From positions 710 through 64,709 of the forward strand of contig CAZEXI010000004.1 in assembly GCA_964516805.1 (NCBI GenBank): DNA of 64,000 bases. Reading direction: 5' to 3'. A program made the translations under genes and the position numbers. Source of the DNA: an uncultured Thermoplasmata archaeon (GTDB lineage Archaea; Thermoplasmatota; Thermoplasmata; Halarchaeoplasmatales; Halarchaeoplasmataceae). The notes beneath the pieces are model-generated. The model was not told the DNA's origin. It did no database searches and saw only the letters and a program-made list of their open reading frames with translations. Positions 54,944 to 64,000 of this stretch are shown here, one piece after another (the stretch's first letter is position 1; every line of letters begins with the position of its first letter).

Positions 54944-55083
54944 TTTAATATTTTAAAATTTTTATTCCTTACATCAGATTGAACTCTGATCTTTCTTGAA
55001 ATGAAATCTATCAAATAACTTTTCTCTTTAAAATTACTTCTAGTATTATTAAAAATAAAAAAAGGTAGTAAATTAAATGTTTT

Positions 55084-56757
55084 TTACATCATGCCGCCCA
55101 TTCCACCGGGCATTCCTCCGGGCATTCCGCCTGGAGCGCCGCCTGGTCCTCCGGCTGGTGGTTCTCCACCTTCGTCGCCGGATCCTTTGGAGGCGATGAC
55201 GTCGTCTATTCTTAGTATCAAATTAGCTGCTTCGGTTGCTGATTTTATCGCTTGGTTCTTAACTCTGAAAGGCTCGATGATTCCGTCTTTTACCATGTTC
55301 TGTGTTTCTCCGGTATCGACGTCTATTCCAAAGTTCTTGTTGCCGTCTTTTTCGTGTTTTGTGTTAAGTTCCATCAGTACATCTATTCCGTCAAGTCCTG
55401 CATTCTCTGTGATAACTCTTGGTACTACATCTAGGGAATCTGCGAATGTTTCGAATGCTATCTGCTTTCTACCGCTTACCTTACCAGCATGATCTTTTAA
55501 TCTGTTGGAGAGCTCTACTTCTGTTGCTCCTCCACCTGGTAGTATTGCGCCATCTTCTATTGCTACGGATATTACCTTTATTGCGTCTTCTATCGCTCTT
55601 TCGAGTTCGTCTACAACGTGTTCTGTTCCTCCTCTTAGTAGGAGTGATACTGATTTTCCATCTTCGATTCCTTCAACAAAAGTCATCTTGTCTCCTGCAA
55701 CAGTTCTTTCATGAACTCTTCCTGCTTCACCGAGGTCTGCTTCTTCAAGATCGTTTAGGTTGTTAACTACGTTTCCACCAGTTGCTTTTGACAGTTTCTT
55801 CATATCGGATTTCTTGACTCTTCTGATAGCCATTATTCCGTTCTTGGCTAAGTAGTGTTGAGCTAAGTCATCTACACCTTTCTGGCATAGTAATACGTTA
55901 GCACCGACATCTTTTATCTTCTGTGCCATCTCTTTAATTCCTTCTTCTTCTTCATCGATGAACTGTTGTAGCTGATCTGGATTTGTAATTTCTATTGAAG
56001 CGTCTATCTCTGTTTCTTTGACTTCTAGAGCAGAATTGAGAAGTGCTATCTTTGCATCTTTTTGATCTTTTGGCATGCTTTCAGTAAGTCTCTCTTTATC
56101 GAGTATTATTCCGTTGACCATCTCAGTTTTATCTACTGAAGCTCCTGCTTTCTTCTCTACTTTTATATTGTCAACATTAGAGAAGTAACCTTCTTCTGTT
56201 TCTTCTACTATGTGTTTCACTGCCTTTACTGATATGTCTGCTAAGTCCTCTTTGTCAGCCTCTATTGACTTTCCTGTCATCGCAGTTTGTGCGATGCTTT
56301 CCAATTTATCATCATCATCGATATCTATCTCTTCTTTCATATCTTCTAAAATTTCAGAAGTCTTTTCTGAAGCTAATCTGTAACCATTAGCTATTGTTGA
56401 TGGATGAAGTTGATCCAACATGTCTTCAGCTTCTTTTAAGAGCTCACCTGCTAAAATCACAGCAGATGTTGTTCCATCCCCGCATTCTTCTTCTTGAGTT
56501 TCAGCCACTTCTACTAACATTTTGGCTGCTGGATGTTCGATATCGATTTCGTTAAGAATGGATACTCCGTCGTTTGTTATAACAACGTCCCCGAGACTGT
56601 CTACGAGCATCTTGTCCATTCCTTTTGGACCTAATGTCGTTCTCACTGCGTCTGCTATTGCTTTTGCTGCGTTTATATTGTTTTTCTGTGCGTCTTGTCC
56701 TCTTTCTCTTTCAGTTCCTTCTTTTAATACAAATATGGGTTGATTACCCGACATCAT
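55084..56757 (-). CDS. ths: Thermosome subunit (group II chaperonin)
   Basis: 557 aa. [20 protein letters not shown] and GDGTTSAV motifs; C-terminal [15 protein letters not shown] tail. Confidence 0.95.
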   Translation of the reverse strand: MMSGNQPIFVLKEGTERERGQDAQKNNINAAKAIADAVRTTLGPKGMDKMLVDSLGDVVITNDGVSILNEIDIEHPAAKMLVEVAETQEEECGDGTTSAVILAGELLKEAEDMLDQLHPSTIANGYRLASEKTSEILEDMKEEIDIDDDDKLESIAQTAMTGKSIEADKEDLADISVKAVKHIVEETEEGYFSNVDNIKVEKKAGASVDKTEMVNGIILDKERLTESMPKDQKDAKIALLNSALEVKETEIDASIEITNPDQLQQFIDEEEEGIKEMAQKIKDVGANVLLCQKGVDDLAQHYLAKNGIMAIRRVKKSDMKKLSKATGGNVVNNLNDLEEADLGEAGRVHERTVAGDKMTFVEGIEDGKSVSLLLRGGTEHVVDELERAIEDAIKVISVAIEDGAILPGGGATEVELSNRLKDHAGKVSGRKQIAFETFADSLDVVPRVITENAGLDGIDVLMELNTKHEKDGNKNFGIDVDTGETQNMVKDGIIEPFRVKNQAIKSATEAANLILRIDDVIASKGSGDEGGEPPAGGPGGAPGGMPGGMPGGMGGMM

Positions 56758-56789
56758 AGTATCATCTGTTTTTGACTATTTAGAGGTTC

Positions 56790-56797
56790 TATATAAA
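56790..56797 (-). promoter_or_regulatory. TATA box (tttatata on the minus strand) upstream of the thermosome gene
   Basis: Centred about 37 nt upstream of ATG 56757 and preceded by an A-rich BRE-like stretch. Confidence 0.4.
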
Positions 56798-56842
56798 TTT
56801 TACTAATACTGGCCTATATATCAACTATATCTATTATTATAT

Positions 56843-57460
56843 TTATTCTTCCATCGAAAAACCACTTTTCTTTTTAGGGATATGTATTATCAATAAATAT
56901 ATCATCATTAGTATTATCAAAGTAAATACAAAGGAAGAGACCACCATCATCATCGAATTATTAGAAATACTCATATAACCGTATATGCTGAAAAATGATC
57001 CCATGATCGAAACAAAGAACGCTGATAAAGATGTAAAAACTATATACTTGAGTGAACTGCTCTTGAACTGTTTGATGTAAGGATTCTCTAAAGTTTTACT
57101 TTTTTGATCATATATATTTAAGATATTGATCACATTGTTAGACAAAGATATTGTTAGATATGCCAAGAAGAACGAGCCCGAAATTATGAACAAATACAGA
57201 AAATTAAGAGGATCTGTTATATGTAAAAATAAGAAATGCAATTCTACCAAAACTATTCCAAAAGTTAAGAATCCTTTATCCCTTTTAAGAACTCCAATTA
57301 ATGATATCACCGTAGGCAATAATATTAATGACCACCAGCTTGTATAAAGCGAGAAGAATGAGGTATACGATATAAATATAATTATCGATGAATAGCTCGA
57401 GAATTTTAGTTTTTTAGTATTTAGGATCTCATCCGAAATCGTCTCACCTCCTCTAAACAC
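56843..57460 (-). CDS. Hypothetical polytopic membrane protein
   Basis: 205 aa with about 6 hydrophobic segments. GTG start overlapping the DUF58 gene end by 40 nt; the exact start is uncertain. Confidence 0.5.
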   Translation of the reverse strand: MFRGGETISDEILNTKKLKFSSYSSIIIFISYTSFFSLYTSWWSLILLPTVISLIGVLKRDKGFLTFGIVLVELHFLFLHITDPLNFLYLFIISGSFFLAYLTISLSNNVINILNIYDQKSKTLENPYIKQFKSSSLKYIVFTSLSAFFVSIMGSFFSIYGYMSISNNSMMMVVSSFVFTLIILMMIYLLIIHIPKKKSGFSMEE

Positions 57461-58686
57461 AACTCCAAAGGTTGATCCGGATCCCAGTCTAAAACTATAC
57501 CGTGATTCCTTAAGGCTCCTATCCTGCTTCTTCTTTCCAGTAGATTTATTTTCTCTGCTAACGGATCTTCAATATCACACAATTTCTTTTCCATCCCGAT
57601 AGGTGAAGGAGATATAACTATGAGATCATACTGCTTCCTGCTCATATCAGTTAAAGTATTGGTTACCTCTGGATCAGTCAACGGTGAAATAAAAAGCACA
57701 AGTGATTTTTTAGGAAAGAACCTTTCCATAATCCATCGTATATCCTTTAAACCCCATTGACCACCTGATCTTATATTGCTTAAAGAGTCCATTATCTTAT
57801 AGAATTGCTCTCTCCCCTGTCCTGGAAATATCCAATCCAACATCTCTCCGATGACTATTAGACCGACTCTATTCCTATCTGAAAGAATATCAGAAGCTAA
57901 TGTGGCTGCAGCTCTTACTGAAGATTTTACAGTATTTTCTTCTTCAGTTCCGACTTTAGAACCTGCAGATGCATCTACAATTATTATTACATCTCCGCTC
58001 CTTTCACCTTCAAACTCATTAGTTATAGGATGATTACTCCTGGCTGTAGCTTTCCAGTTTATCTTCCGTATAGTATCTCCAGGGGCATATTCTCTTAATG
58101 AATAGAATTCTGAACCCACGCCTATCCTTTTGGACTGTATGTTTCCAAGTCTACTTCTCGTATGCTGTGGACGAATCTTTGATCGACTTATCTCTTCCAT
58201 CTGAGGTAAAACCATCAGCTCTGTGGTTGATTCTTCAACCCACTCCTTTGTGAAAAAGTTGTGTCCGTCCCTATACCTGACTTTCATAGGGCCTATTTTA
58301 TAGGCTCCAGATTGAGGTAACTGAACCTTGTATTTTACCGTTTTAACTTCTTTGTGTTCTAAATCGATTATTTCGTGATTTGTTCCCTTCAACATCTTTA
58401 CGTTCTCTGGTATTTCATCTATCACTTCCAAAAACCGTATTTTTTTTCCAAAATTTTTAATTTTAACTTCAATCCAGATATCATCGCCTTCGTAAACATC
58501 TATATCTTCTCTTTCTCTTTCTATCTCGATATCTATTTCTTTAGGTGGAAGTCCATACAGACTTATGCCGATGATAGAAAATGATGATATAGAAATAACT
58601 GACATTACCCAATTTCTAAAAACTACAGCGATGAAGAGAGAAAAGATACCTGCAACGAACAAATATTTTATCTTAGAAGTAAACAT
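57421..58686 (-). CDS. DUF58 domain protein (vWA-like, MoxR-associated family)
   Basis: 421 aa. Two N-terminal TMs, a beta-sandwich, then GSEFYSLREYAPGDTIRKINWKATAR and a vWA-like VIIIVDAS. Confidence 0.75.
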   Translation of the reverse strand: MFTSKIKYLFVAGIFSLFIAVVFRNWVMSVISISSFSIIGISLYGLPPKEIDIEIEREREDIDVYEGDDIWIEVKIKNFGKKIRFLEVIDEIPENVKMLKGTNHEIIDLEHKEVKTVKYKVQLPQSGAYKIGPMKVRYRDGHNFFTKEWVEESTTELMVLPQMEEISRSKIRPQHTRSRLGNIQSKRIGVGSEFYSLREYAPGDTIRKINWKATARSNHPITNEFEGERSGDVIIIVDASAGSKVGTEEENTVKSSVRAAATLASDILSDRNRVGLIVIGEMLDWIFPGQGREQFYKIMDSLSNIRSGGQWGLKDIRWIMERFFPKKSLVLFISPLTDPEVTNTLTDMSRKQYDLIVISPSPIGMEKKLCDIEDPLAEKINLLERRSRIGALRNHGIVLDWDPDQPLELCLEEVRRFRMRS

Positions 58687-58700
58687 TATTTTCTCACCAA

Positions 58701-59306
58701 TCAGGATAATTTTTTTATTTTTTCCATGATCTTGTACAGTCTTCTTCTGTATTCCGAACTTGTCACCTTTTCTCTGTTCGTTGAGCTTTCTTCAAGAAAA
58801 TGATCATTAGATATCTCTTCTCTGTACTTAGTTTCAATAATAAATTCAGACAGATACTCGTCTTCAAGCAGTTGTTTTAGTTTATCATGGTCGTTCTTTA
58901 GATAGCTGTATATCCTCCTTTTTGATATGTCATGAATATTTTCCAAGCGATAAAATATTTCTTCAACCAACCTTTTTTCAAGCAGATCTCTATAAACTTC
59001 AGACCCTTCTATTGCATTTTTTATTATCCTAGAATCGTTCTGAAGTTGGAATCTATTATATCTGTCTAGATTCTCTTCAGTATCCCATCCCTCGATATCT
59101 AATGTATGTTTACCCATAAACTTATAGATTGCAGCAGATGCCAGGATTAGCATCAAAATACTTATCGAGCCTTCCACACCTTTCAGTATAAACATCAATA
59201 CTGCAAAAAAACCTCCAAACAAAACGATAGCAAGATTGATCAGCATATTTGAGTCCGCTTCTTCCGCTATTGACCTTAGTATTTCTGATCTACGAACTTG
59301 AGCCAT
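58701..59306 (-). CDS. Hypothetical two-pass membrane protein with helical cytoplasmic domain
   Basis: The TM pair is LINLAIVLFGGFFAVLMFIL / ISILMLILASAAIY. Start at the ATG at 59306; the track uses TTG 59318. Confidence 0.5.
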   Translation of the reverse strand: MAQVRRSEILRSIAEEADSNMLINLAIVLFGGFFAVLMFILKGVEGSISILMLILASAAIYKFMGKHTLDIEGWDTEENLDRYNRFQLQNDSRIIKNAIEGSEVYRDLLEKRLVEEIFYRLENIHDISKRRIYSYLKNDHDKLKQLLEDEYLSEFIIETKYREEISNDHFLEESSTNREKVTSSEYRRRLYKIMEKIKKLS

Positions 59307-60180
59307 TGTCACCACCAATATTAGATTTTATATATTTAAGATCCTTTATAGCTTTCTCTCTTTTGATCTCTGTTATTTCATGAGAGCTGTATCTAGCCTC
59401 TTCAAAAAGATCTGTAAGCTCATCCAAAGGTTTCTTCTCAATCCTTATGTTTGATAGGACTAGATCTTTAAATTCTCTCGGAGTTAAGATTTTATTCTGC
59501 TTAACACCTCTATCTTCTAATAAATAACAGGTCTTCCAATAACACCTTAAGATTGTGTTACGAGGATCTTTTCCTTTTTTAAGATTCTTTATAGCTTTCT
59601 CAATATTGGTTGTTAAATCTTTTTCGATGATCTCCTCCCTGGTTAGATCTCTTTCTTCTCCTTCTGAGCCATATCTCTCATATACGATCACCCCTATTAC
59701 AATCCCTACAAAAGAAAACATAATAATTAATCCTAATTCTCTTGAAATATTGCTCATACTCCAAATATCTGGTCTACCAAAATCTGGGAAGTCTAAATTA
59801 AAGTTCATATCAAAAACCGACCCCACTGATGAAAAGGATACATATTTATTGAGAATAAAAATTAACCCGTGTCCACCGATCGCGATTAAAGTGAATAGAC
59901 CTAATTTGATTTTTTGGTCCCATGTAGAAAAATATAACCATGCACCTATTATGATCAAAACAACGCCAAATACAACATATTTATTTAATTTGATATCAGT
60001 GCCTATATCGGCGCCGGTAGGATTTTCAGTTTCTCTTTCATATGGATGACCTTCATTTCCAGGGATATCATGATAAACGTTGACTAAATTTCCAAGGGTC
60101 CATGAAAACATCAAAATGAGTAGTACTGAAATCAACGCTATCGTCTTTCTGGACAACTTGACACCCATCCGTTGTATCAT
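59290..60180 (-). CDS. DUF4129 domain membrane protein
   Basis: Four TMs, then TPREFKDLV...LTDLFEEARYSSHEITE, which is characteristic of DUF4129. Confidence 0.6.
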   Translation of the reverse strand: MIQRMGVKLSRKTIALISVLLILMFSWTLGNLVNVYHDIPGNEGHPYERETENPTGADIGTDIKLNKYVVFGVVLIIIGAWLYFSTWDQKIKLGLFTLIAIGGHGLIFILNKYVSFSSVGSVFDMNFNLDFPDFGRPDIWSMSNISRELGLIIMFSFVGIVIGVIVYERYGSEGEERDLTREEIIEKDLTTNIEKAIKNLKKGKDPRNTILRCYWKTCYLLEDRGVKQNKILTPREFKDLVLSNIRIEKKPLDELTDLFEEARYSSHEITEIKREKAIKDLKYIKSNIGGDNGSSS

Positions 60181-60461
60181 CTATAGATATAAAAAAATTA
60201 TGGGTGATAAAATTTCTAAATATTATTTCAAGTAATAAAATTAATTTTGTATCTCATATTATCTATAAGATTTAGCTTTCTAGGAGACGCTTCACTCATA
60301 TAAAAATCATATATTTCATCACCTAGAATATGATAAAATGATTAGATTAAGCTTTCTAAACTGCATGAGATATCAAAGTTAATGTCTTGTTATACAAATA
60401 TTCGCTAAATTATCTTAGCATTAAAAAAAGTATATAAATATGTTGTAAAAAATAAAGGTTT

Positions 60462-61151
60462 TTAGAATCTGGATTTCAGCACAACTATGCCATCGTCCTG
60501 TGTTATGCTGATAGGCTGCCTTCCAGTAGTATGGTCCGTACCTCTCATCTTTAGTACTTCTAGGTACTTTCTTCTAGATCCTTCTTCCTCTAACATAGAG
60601 AGTAAAACAACTGAATCGACCGCGTACGTGATCTCTGCTGGATACTGTTCACCTGGATTCACTTCACCAGTCAACACAGATACAGCTTGCCAATTTTTAA
60701 GCAGATTGGTAAGCTCGAACAAGAATGTTCTGTAGTCCTCTTCGAAAAATGTGCCTACAACAGTTATAGGATCTATAACGATCCTCTGAGGCATGACCTC
60801 TGCTATCTTGTCATCTATGAAATCTAGAAGTTCTTCGTAACCTTCTTTCTGCAGCATCAGTCCTATATCCTGGTATTTGATCTCATTTCCAAAGTAATCC
60901 TTATCGATAAAATCAAACTGGCTGGCATATCTCAGCATCCACTGTGTAGGTTCACTTAGTGTTGTAAAGAATAAGCCTTGTTCTCCTTTTCTAGCCCCAT
61001 CTGTCAAAAATTCCATTGCAAACGTTGTTTTACCTGTACCTGCCCCTCCAGCGACTAACACCACTGATGGAAATGGAAAACCTCCAGACACCATTTCATC
61101 TAGACCTTTTATTCCCGTAGATATTCTCCTAAAAGATGATGTTCCTTTCAT
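60462..61151 (-). CDS. KaiC/RadA-like single-domain RecA-superfamily ATPase
   Basis: ISTGIKGLDEMVSGGFP...VLVAGGAGTGKTTFAMEF (Walker A), RIVIDPIT (Walker B-like) and LKMRGTDH motifs. Confidence 0.8.
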   Translation of the reverse strand: MKGTSSFRRISTGIKGLDEMVSGGFPFPSVVLVAGGAGTGKTTFAMEFLTDGARKGEQGLFFTTLSEPTQWMLRYASQFDFIDKDYFGNEIKYQDIGLMLQKEGYEELLDFIDDKIAEVMPQRIVIDPITVVGTFFEEDYRTFLFELTNLLKNWQAVSVLTGEVNPGEQYPAEITYAVDSVVLLSMLEEEGSRRKYLEVLKMRGTDHTTGRQPISITQDDGIVVLKSRF

Positions 61152-61156
61152 GATCG

Positions 61157-61768
61157 TTACCTCTTATTCTTCAATTCTTCTATATCTATCACATTGTCGA
61201 AATGCTTACTAATCATATCATATAATTCAGCATGTGATTCTTTATCTATTGTTACACATCCCATAAGATTATCTCTCGACTGAATCAATTTATGGAATGA
61301 TTCTATAAATTCTTCAACTTTTTCTATGCTGTTATAATTCAACATAGATGATATATTATCTATCAGTACAAAATCTATCTCGTCAGGAGATGCAAAATGA
61401 GAACCTCCTTCGTTATCAGGCTCGAAAGCATCAAAAAGATGCTCAATATGGAACGGCCCTTTTACGAAATCTACGTTATCACTTTCTACCTTTTCAGTAC
61501 CAGACATATGGGTTACAGTATCTATATACCAAATATTTTCCTGACTTATATCATGCATATGTAGAAGATAAGCCATATATTGATGTGGTCTATCTAAAAC
61601 AACAAAATACCCTTTTTTATTTTCATAATCTAATAACCCCTTCAATATAAGGAGATTGGATTTAGCAATCTGGGTAAAAGAGGTATTGAATAAAAGTGAT
61701 CGCGAATTTGACTGTTGATTGATAGCATCCATGATTGTATCCACTAGAGACAGATCTGCTTCGTTCAT
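61157..61768 (-). CDS. P-loop-less RecA/KaiC-fold-like protein (DUF835-like)
   Basis: 203 aa. The strand pattern GYFVVLDRP ... IDFVLIDNISSML ... MGCVTIDKE mirrors the KaiC-like core but has no GxxGxGK[ST]. 5-nt gap to the KaiC-like gene. Confidence 0.45.
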   Translation of the reverse strand: MNEADLSLVDTIMDAINQQSNSRSLLFNTSFTQIAKSNLLILKGLLDYENKKGYFVVLDRPHQYMAYLLHMHDISQENIWYIDTVTHMSGTEKVESDNVDFVKGPFHIEHLFDAFEPDNEGGSHFASPDEIDFVLIDNISSMLNYNSIEKVEEFIESFHKLIQSRDNLMGCVTIDKESHAELYDMISKHFDNVIDIEELKNKR

Positions 61769-62087
61769 TGCGCGTCCCGTATTGACAAACCTAGCAGAGT
61801 ATTTATATTTTACTAGGATTTTATTACAATTGAAATCAATGGTTCTATGTAAAAAATTCTAAATCATTATTTTTTATTAGATACTATTAATTATAATTTT
61901 TATATATCTTCATATAATTCCATTATTTTATATCTAAATATAGTAACATTCGACCATTTATGAATGATCTATTAAGTTTGATAAATAATTAGGGGATCAG
62001 TAAATTAATTTAATGTCTTTGTTTTATATATGGTTACATCTCACGTTATAGTTTCGAAAAGATATTGTGTGTATCTGATAGAGTATC

Positions 62088-63326
62088 TCATTCATCTATC
62101 AATTTACGAACATCTTCTATAACAGGATCCTCCGGTAACTCGTGATTGTTACAGAAAAGGAACGCATTATGGTCGGTATGCTTTCCTTCGAAAATATTCT
62201 GTTCAAAGATATCATCATACTTGACTCCGCCCTTTAGATTGAAGCCTTCACTTGGGGTCAGAACAATATCTGGCGCTCTATCCATGTACTTTCCTTCGTA
62301 TATATCTTCTCTCTTTCTGATATTCTTTATTACTTTTTTACCGTTGTACTCTAAGTTTTCAAAAATTTCGATTATCTCATCTATCAATCCTTCACCATCA
62401 TTTACTTCACCGCGGGGATATCTTCCCTCTCTGTTTATGTAGATCCTACCCGGGTCCAAAGCAAATGCCTTTGTTCCTTCCGCTAGGTTTTTGTATCTTT
62501 CATCTGGTTTATCTCCAAGTTTTAAAAATCCGTGTTTTTCAAGATGTGCATTTACATTGACATTTTCTGTTATCTGTTCCATACCATGATCTGATAAAGC
62601 GATGAGTCTATCGTCCTCACCCATTTTCTCTACGATATCTCCGATTATCTTATCTACTTCTCTGAAATAATCGATAAACTTCTCATGATATTCATGTGAT
62701 CCGTCTTCGTAAGCTGGCCATAAAAAGTGCTCAAGCCTGTCGCTTCCAGTGAATACCAGCATGAACACATCCCATTTATCTTCCCAGAAATGCTCGTAGG
62801 CTTTCTTCCTCTTTTCTAACGTTTCAAAAAGATTATCCAAGAATAATCTCATAGATTTATGAGCCTTTTCAGAATCAACATCGACGCTGTAATCAATATC
62901 CCTAAGATACTTTAAAGCTGATTCAGGTGTGATAGCTCTTTCTAACTCTGGTGAAACAAATCCTGAAACCATAACTCCATCGATATCATCCGCTGGATAC
63001 ATAGCAGGAACGTTCAAAATTATATGTCTTCTATCATCTTTCCAGAACGGTTCAGCTTTTAATGCTCTCCTGTCCGGGAAGGATACAGTATAAGTGCCCT
63101 GAATAAGTTCGGTAAAACCAAATATCCCATGTTCACCTGGATTCTTACCAGTCACCATGCTGGACCAATTCACATTGGAAACCTCAGGGATGGCTGAGCG
63201 CATCCTGGAAAAATGTCCTTCATCGATCAGTGATGCAAAATTAGGCATGTCTCCACTTTCAGCTAGATCTTTTATCAAATGAAATGGTACACCATCTATA
63301 CCTATTATGACTGTTTTTTCATCCAT
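62088..63326 (-). CDS. Alkaline phosphatase superfamily protein (nucleotide pyrophosphatase/phosphodiesterase-like)
   Basis: 412 aa. VIIGIDGVPF N-terminus, SNVNWSSMVTG (nucleophile region) and LSDHGM motifs. Confidence 0.7.
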   Translation of the reverse strand: MDEKTVIIGIDGVPFHLIKDLAESGDMPNFASLIDEGHFSRMRSAIPEVSNVNWSSMVTGKNPGEHGIFGFTELIQGTYTVSFPDRRALKAEPFWKDDRRHIILNVPAMYPADDIDGVMVSGFVSPELERAITPESALKYLRDIDYSVDVDSEKAHKSMRLFLDNLFETLEKRKKAYEHFWEDKWDVFMLVFTGSDRLEHFLWPAYEDGSHEYHEKFIDYFREVDKIIGDIVEKMGEDDRLIALSDHGMEQITENVNVNAHLEKHGFLKLGDKPDERYKNLAEGTKAFALDPGRIYINREGRYPRGEVNDGEGLIDEIIEIFENLEYNGKKVIKNIRKREDIYEGKYMDRAPDIVLTPSEGFNLKGGVKYDDIFEQNIFEGKHTDHNAFLFCNNHELPEDPVIEDVRKLIDE

Positions 63327-63458
63327 CGATTTTACTTTATAACCGGGGAATATAAGCTATTTTCGACTCAGTAATAATGTTTATTTATAATTTAATTTAG
63401 AAATTATCATCGTGCAAAAAAAGTATATATCATCAATAGTAAATGGCGAATTGATACG

Positions 63459-64000
63459 ATGGAACTAGACCCTATGTTTTACCCGGAGAGCGTTGCTGTT
63501 ATTGGTGCATCAGATAAAGAAGGTAAAGTTGGAAATGCAATAATGAAATCACTTGATAGAGAATTTGGAGGAAACATATATCCAGTTAACTTGAAGGATG
63601 ATGAAGTTTTAGGATATAAAGCATACAGATCAGTCTCAGATATAGATTCTAATGTTGATATGGCAGTTGTTGCTATACCAGCTAAATACGTACCTGACCT
63701 GGTAAAAGAATGTGGGGAGAACGATATCAATAATATGGTGGTTATAAGTGCAGGTTTTAGAGAAGCTGGAAGAGAAGACCTGGAAAACGAGGTCAAAGAA
63801 TATTCTGATGAGTACGAGATCAATATAATAGGTCCAAATTGTTTAGGTGTCTACAATCCAGAGATCGGTTTAGACACTATTTTCAACCCACCAGAAAGAC
63901 AGGCAAGACCTAAAAAAGGTCGTGTAGCATTCCTTTCTCAAAGTGGTGCATTCGGTGCTGCTATTTTAGACTGGTTCTCTGAGGTAGATATAGGTGTCAG
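63459..64000 (+). CDS. Acetate--CoA ligase (ADP-forming) / CoA-binding domain protein, N-terminal fragment; 3' end outside window
   Basis: Open frame from the ATG at 63459 to the window edge: MELDPMFYPESVAVIGASDKEGKVGNAIMKSL...YPVN...VDMAVVAIPAKYVP...GPNCLG. It is absent from the ORF track because no stop lies in the window. Confidence 0.8.
   Translation, partial: MELDPMFYPESVAVIGASDKEGKVGNAIMKSLDREFGGNIYPVNLKDDEVLGYKAYRSVSDIDSNVDMAVVAIPAKYVPDLVKECGENDINNMVVISAGFREAGREDLENEVKEYSDEYEINIIGPNCLGVYNPEIGLDTIFNPPERQARPKKGRVAFLSQSGAFGAAILDWFSEVDIGV

Noticed and set aside
55091-55492. 133-aa plus-strand ORF rich in Pro/Gly ([15 protein letters not shown]...)
   Set aside because: It is the antisense reading of the GGM-repeat tail and C-terminal part of the thermosome gene. 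The thermosome assignment is unambiguous, so this ORF is a by-product.
59555-60049. 164-aa plus-strand ORF. The same applies to other long antisense ORFs: 45853-46260, 17218-17592, 3151-3567, 1211-1582 and 63479-63823.
   Set aside because: All lie fully inside, and antisense to, genes with clear family signatures. They have low-complexity S/I/F/L-rich compositions typical of antisense frames in AT-rich DNA.

Overview
Compact, AT-rich (about one third GC by eye) archaeal chromosome segment. Archaeal markers are a thermosome, Pth2, archaeal-type LeuRS, Trm11/TrmG10, a short TpiA, DUF99 and AcnX-type dehydratase subunits; the three tRNAs encode no CCA. Many proteins are strikingly acidic, which hints at a halophilic lifestyle, but the lineage cannot be determined from the sequence. 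I support about 60 protein genes and 3 tRNAs (Thr-GGU, Val-CAC, Phe-GAA). I saw no rRNA, CRISPR array, transposase or integrase. Housekeeping blocks are an oppABCDF operon, leuS-glmU-glmS, two ABC-2 exporters, tpiA, hypC and thioredoxins. The candidates most worth follow-up are: (1) a Cas4-family Fe-S nuclease split by a four-helix membrane insertion, with no CRISPR context (29.7-30.7 kb); (2) a tight four-gene cassette of two paralogous small helical proteins, a coiled-coil wHTH protein and a membrane-anchored relative sharing one motif (33.8-35.3 kb); (3) an AcnX small subunit fused to a Nudix domain, in an overlapping operon with an MtnA-like isomerase and 16 nt downstream of tRNA-Phe; (4) a 1820-aa Lhr helicase with a roughly 950-aa winged-helix/AlkZ-like C-terminal extension; (5) a divergent wHTH regulator / bactofilin-like pair that share a SHOCT-like motif and flank an 18-bp perfect palindrome; (6) a KaiC-like ATPase with a P-loop-less paralogue; (7) a locally GC-rich, hairpin-rich island around a small RHH gene; (8) recurrent palindromic stop-stop junctions (TGATCA four times, TTAA twice) at convergent genes. 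All family assignments come from reading motifs by eye; no searches were run.
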